Source: a virus. From it: a DNA stretch of 45,841 nt. The notes under the pieces are model-generated. The model saw only the letters and a program-made list of their open reading frames with translations. It was not told the DNA's origin and made no database searches. The stretch spans positions 1-45,841 of IMG/VR virus record IMGVR_UViG_3300005614_000017; one strand, given 5' to 3'. Below are positions 43,760 to 45,841 of the stretch, piece after piece. A program made the translations under genes and the position numbers. Numbering within the stretch: the first letter of the stretch is position 1; each line of letters starts with the position of its first letter.

Positions 43760-44116
43760 ATGTCGGACAGCAAGGATCTTGTACCGGTAATTCCGGCTGA
43801 AATTGCGTCAAAACTTGCGAAGATTCCCATGATCAGCGCAGAGCAATATCAGCACGTTGGCCGATATGCCGGTGCCACGGTCATGCACGTTCATGAGACG
43901 ATTGGCGGGGCAGCACGGTTCGCTGCCTGGGCGGACCATAACCCCACCGATTTCTATACCAAGATCTTTCCCAAGATGATCAGCCGATCGCAACATGTCG
44001 ATATTTCTGGCACGCTGACGATTGACGATGCGATCAACCGGCTTGAGGCGCAGCGCGACGTGCCGGAAGCAGATTTTGCGGAATTTGAGGATATTCCTCA
44101 AGATTACGATTTATAA
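43760..44116 (+). CDS. Hypothetical protein ending ...QDYDL (one of two small-terminase candidates by position)
   Basis: 118-aa ORF upstream of terL. No diagnostic motif. Confidence 0.5.
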   Translation: MSDSKDLVPVIPAEIASKLAKIPMISAEQYQHVGRYAGATVMHVHETIGGAARFAAWADHNPTDFYTKIFPKMISRSQHVDISGTLTIDDAINRLEAQRDVPEADFAEFEDIPQDYDL

Positions 44117-44129
44117 GGGAGATAAGCGG

Positions 44130-44357
44130 GTGAAAATAGAGCATAAGGGCGTGACAATCACGCATAGAGGATCTTGCATAGAAATTTCTGCTCCCAACGG
44201 ACAAAACACTTTTCACGTCCTGATTGAAAAAGTAAATGTTTCAAATCCCGTCGTCATTGACGCAGCAATCGATACGATGCTGAATGCGATGACAAATAAT
44301 TTCAAGCATAGAGCCACGATTGCTCTTGCGAAATTTTTGCAGGAGAAAAAATCATGA
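44130..44357 (+). CDS. Small hypothetical protein (75 aa)
   Basis: GTG 44130 with AAGGGAGA RBS. Confidence 0.5.
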   Translation: MKIEHKGVTITHRGSCIEISAPNGQNTFHVLIEKVNVSNPVVIDAAIDTMLNAMTNNFKHRATIALAKFLQEKKS

Positions 44358-44626
44358 TCCCGGTGGACGGATGGCTCCCAATGGAGCAGGCGCCACGCAA
44401 CGGCGATATCGTGCGCGTGAAATTTCGCGAACACAACAAGCCGGACGGCGCCGTGCGCGTGGCCTATGCGCAATGGGGCTGCGACGACAAGGGCGAAAAT
44501 TGGGGTTGGCGCAAGCCGCTCACGACCGGCACGACGCAATATGCCGACGCCTGGATGCCAAACCAGGATTTCCTTGTTCGAGCGCAGAGCGCAGTTCCTG
44601 CCGCAAATATGGAGTTCGATCTATGA
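44354..44626 (+). CDS. DUF551-like small protein ending ...MEFDL
   Basis: ATGA overlap. Sequence WLPMEQAPRNGDIVRV...WGWRKPL...ADAWMP. Confidence 0.55.
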   Translation: MIPVDGWLPMEQAPRNGDIVRVKFREHNKPDGAVRVAYAQWGCDDKGENWGWRKPLTTGTTQYADAWMPNQDFLVRAQSAVPAANMEFDL

Positions 44627-45045
44627 GCATTTCCCGTGACCGGAAGGAAGCCGCCAAGCGTATCGGCCTTGAGCTTAAAAAGCGCTATAACGCGATGGTA
44701 ACGGCCGGCAATGATCCGGAGGAAGTTACGCTTCGCTCGATCGAGCTTGGAGCGCTGTTCAACGACAATATCGAATTCATCATTTGGGCGCTCTGCACGT
44801 TTGGAGGCCTCAATCCGCCTGCGCCGGAGAAAAAGACCAACACGGCGCCCGCGATCCCGAATTTTGCCACGGAATATCCGGAAACGTCGAAGCTCCCTGA
44901 ACTGCCGAATACTCTCACCGGCTTCAATCTGGAAGCGAAGCCTGCGACGGCCGGCACATGCATCTGCGATGACGCCAACGATGCGAATTTCGCCGGCCAC
45001 ATGACGTCTTGCCCTCGTTATCAGCATCTTATTCTTTCCGAATAA
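44623..45045 (+). CDS. Hypothetical protein
   Basis: ATG 44623 lies in an ATGA overlap (MSISRDRKEAAKR...), 140 aa. Confidence 0.55.
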   Translation: MSISRDRKEAAKRIGLELKKRYNAMVTAGNDPEEVTLRSIELGALFNDNIEFIIWALCTFGGLNPPAPEKKTNTAPAIPNFATEYPETSKLPELPNTLTGFNLEAKPATAGTCICDDANDANFAGHMTSCPRYQHLILSE

Positions 45046-45047
45046 CC

Positions 45048-45260
45048 ATGCCGAGGCGAAGGGGGAATTTTCGCGAAGCATTTTCTGCAGGAGATTGGAG
45101 ACGTGCCGAGCATGATCCAGTCTCCCAACAGGAAACGGGACGGGATGCAGTCGCAGCGGCAAGACAGTCGTGCAGACGTTTTCCGCATCTCGACCTTGAC
45201 ACGGAAATCATTCGCGAAAAAGCACGACGCGGCGTGAACATGACACTTGGGGCAAAGTGA
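45048..45260 (+). CDS. Small basic protein immediately upstream of terL (small-terminase candidate by position)
   Basis: ATG 45048. The TGA stop shares one nucleotide with the terL ATG (GTGATG). Confidence 0.45.
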   Translation: MPRRRGNFREAFSAGDWRRAEHDPVSQQETGRDAVAAARQSCRRFPHLDLDTEIIREKARRGVNMTLGAK

Positions 45261-45841
45261 TGGACTTCAATCTACAGCAAATCGCTGCCGACTATCAGAT
45301 TTCCGTGGATGAAGTCCGCGCCAGATATCTGGTTTTGACGGCTGCACGCTGGAAATCAGATTTCCGCATTTTTGCCAAGCAGGCTGTCCGCATTCGCACC
45401 AAGGCTGGCGATCTTGAGCCGCTTATTCTCAACGAAGCACAAACGATCCTGCACAACGCTGCCGAGAAAATGGCGCGCGAGGATCTTTGGGTTCGCCTCG
45501 CTGGCCTCAAAGGTCGACGGCAGGGATTTTCGACCTATGTCGCTGCACGCGGCTACTGGCGTGCTACACTTTGGGACCGGCAAAACATTTACATCCTTTC
45601 TCATGAAATGGATGCGTCGGGCAAGCTGTTCGACATGACGGCGCTCATGCAGGAAAAGCATCCGTTTCCGCCGCAAGTCGGTACAGACAACGCCAAAGAG
45701 CTGGATTTTCCCAAGCGCGGTTCGAGCTACAGCGTGGCGACGGCGGGACAGAAAGCCGGCGGACGCGGCGGCGCTGTCAGCTTCTTTCATGGCTCGGAAG
45801 TCGCGTGGTGGACCAATGCGCCCGACCATTTCGCATCGTCT
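45260..45841 (+). CDS. terL: Terminase large subunit, N-terminal (ATPase) part; runs off the window end and continues at nt 101
   Basis: ATG 45260. The 582-nt (194-codon) open frame has no stop before the window end. It contains the Walker-A-like LAGLKGRRQGFSTY. It is not in the ORF track because it is open-ended. Confidence 0.85.
   Translation, partial: MDFNLQQIAADYQISVDEVRARYLVLTAARWKSDFRIFAKQAVRIRTKAGDLEPLILNEAQTILHNAAEKMAREDLWVRLAGLKGRRQGFSTYVAARGYWRATLWDRQNIYILSHEMDASGKLFDMTALMQEKHPFPPQVGTDNAKELDFPKRGSSYSVATAGQKAGGRGGAVSFFHGSEVAWWTNAPDHFASS
45742..45841. repeat. Terminal direct repeat, right copy (identical to 1-100)
   Basis: See the left copy. Confidence 0.97.

Noticed and set aside
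7920-44626. The possibility that the [F/Y]DL-stop ends reflect a DNA motif such as GATC sites, -35 boxes or coupling signals.
   Set aside because: The ten sites use different synonymous codons, both TAA and TGA, and different downstream contexts. Only two overlap a TTGAC -35, and only six contain GATC.
1-45841. A search for a lysogeny module (integrase, CI/Cro), a DGR (reverse transcriptase plus template repeat), CRISPR repeats, and a phage RNA polymerase or sliding clamp.
   Set aside because: No ORF shows the corresponding motifs, and no spaced repeat array is present. This absence is only as good as by-eye motif recognition.

Overview
The window is one complete phage genome. Nt 1-100 are identical to nt 45742-45841, so the unique length is 45,741 bp and the molecule is circularly closed or terminally redundant. 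The large terminase gene runs across this junction.

There are three transcription blocks:
- Plus strand, 2-21583: a P22-like morphogenesis module (TerL, portal, scaffold, P22-type coat, gp4/gp10-position proteins), a tail fibre, an S74-chaperone protein, large internal virion proteins including an SLT transglycosylase, and a lysis cassette (SAR endolysin plus an embedded Rz/Rz1-type spanin pair). No tape measure, tail tube or sheath gene is visible, which suggests a podovirus.
- Minus strand, 39206 down to 21721: about 40 tightly coupled early and replication genes. These include a prim-pol/RecA-like primase-helicase, MerR-like regulator, SNF2 helicase, DUF2800-type nuclease, gp2.5/DUF2815-like SSB, family A DNA polymerase, HNH endonuclease and RuvC-like resolvase.
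- Plus strand, 40176-45841: small genes leading into terL.

I saw no integrase, repressor module, tRNA, CRISPR array or reverse transcriptase. By-eye GC is in the mid-50s percent.

The most unusual signal is that ten predicted proteins, in all three blocks, end in the same C-terminal tripeptide [F/Y]-D-L, mostly E-[F/Y]-D-L. Their codons are synonymously divergent, which points to a shared protein-level docking or targeting tail. The early operon also carries several families of repeated regulatory DNA.

All functional calls rest on motif recognition from memory, gene order and sequence reading. No database search was run.
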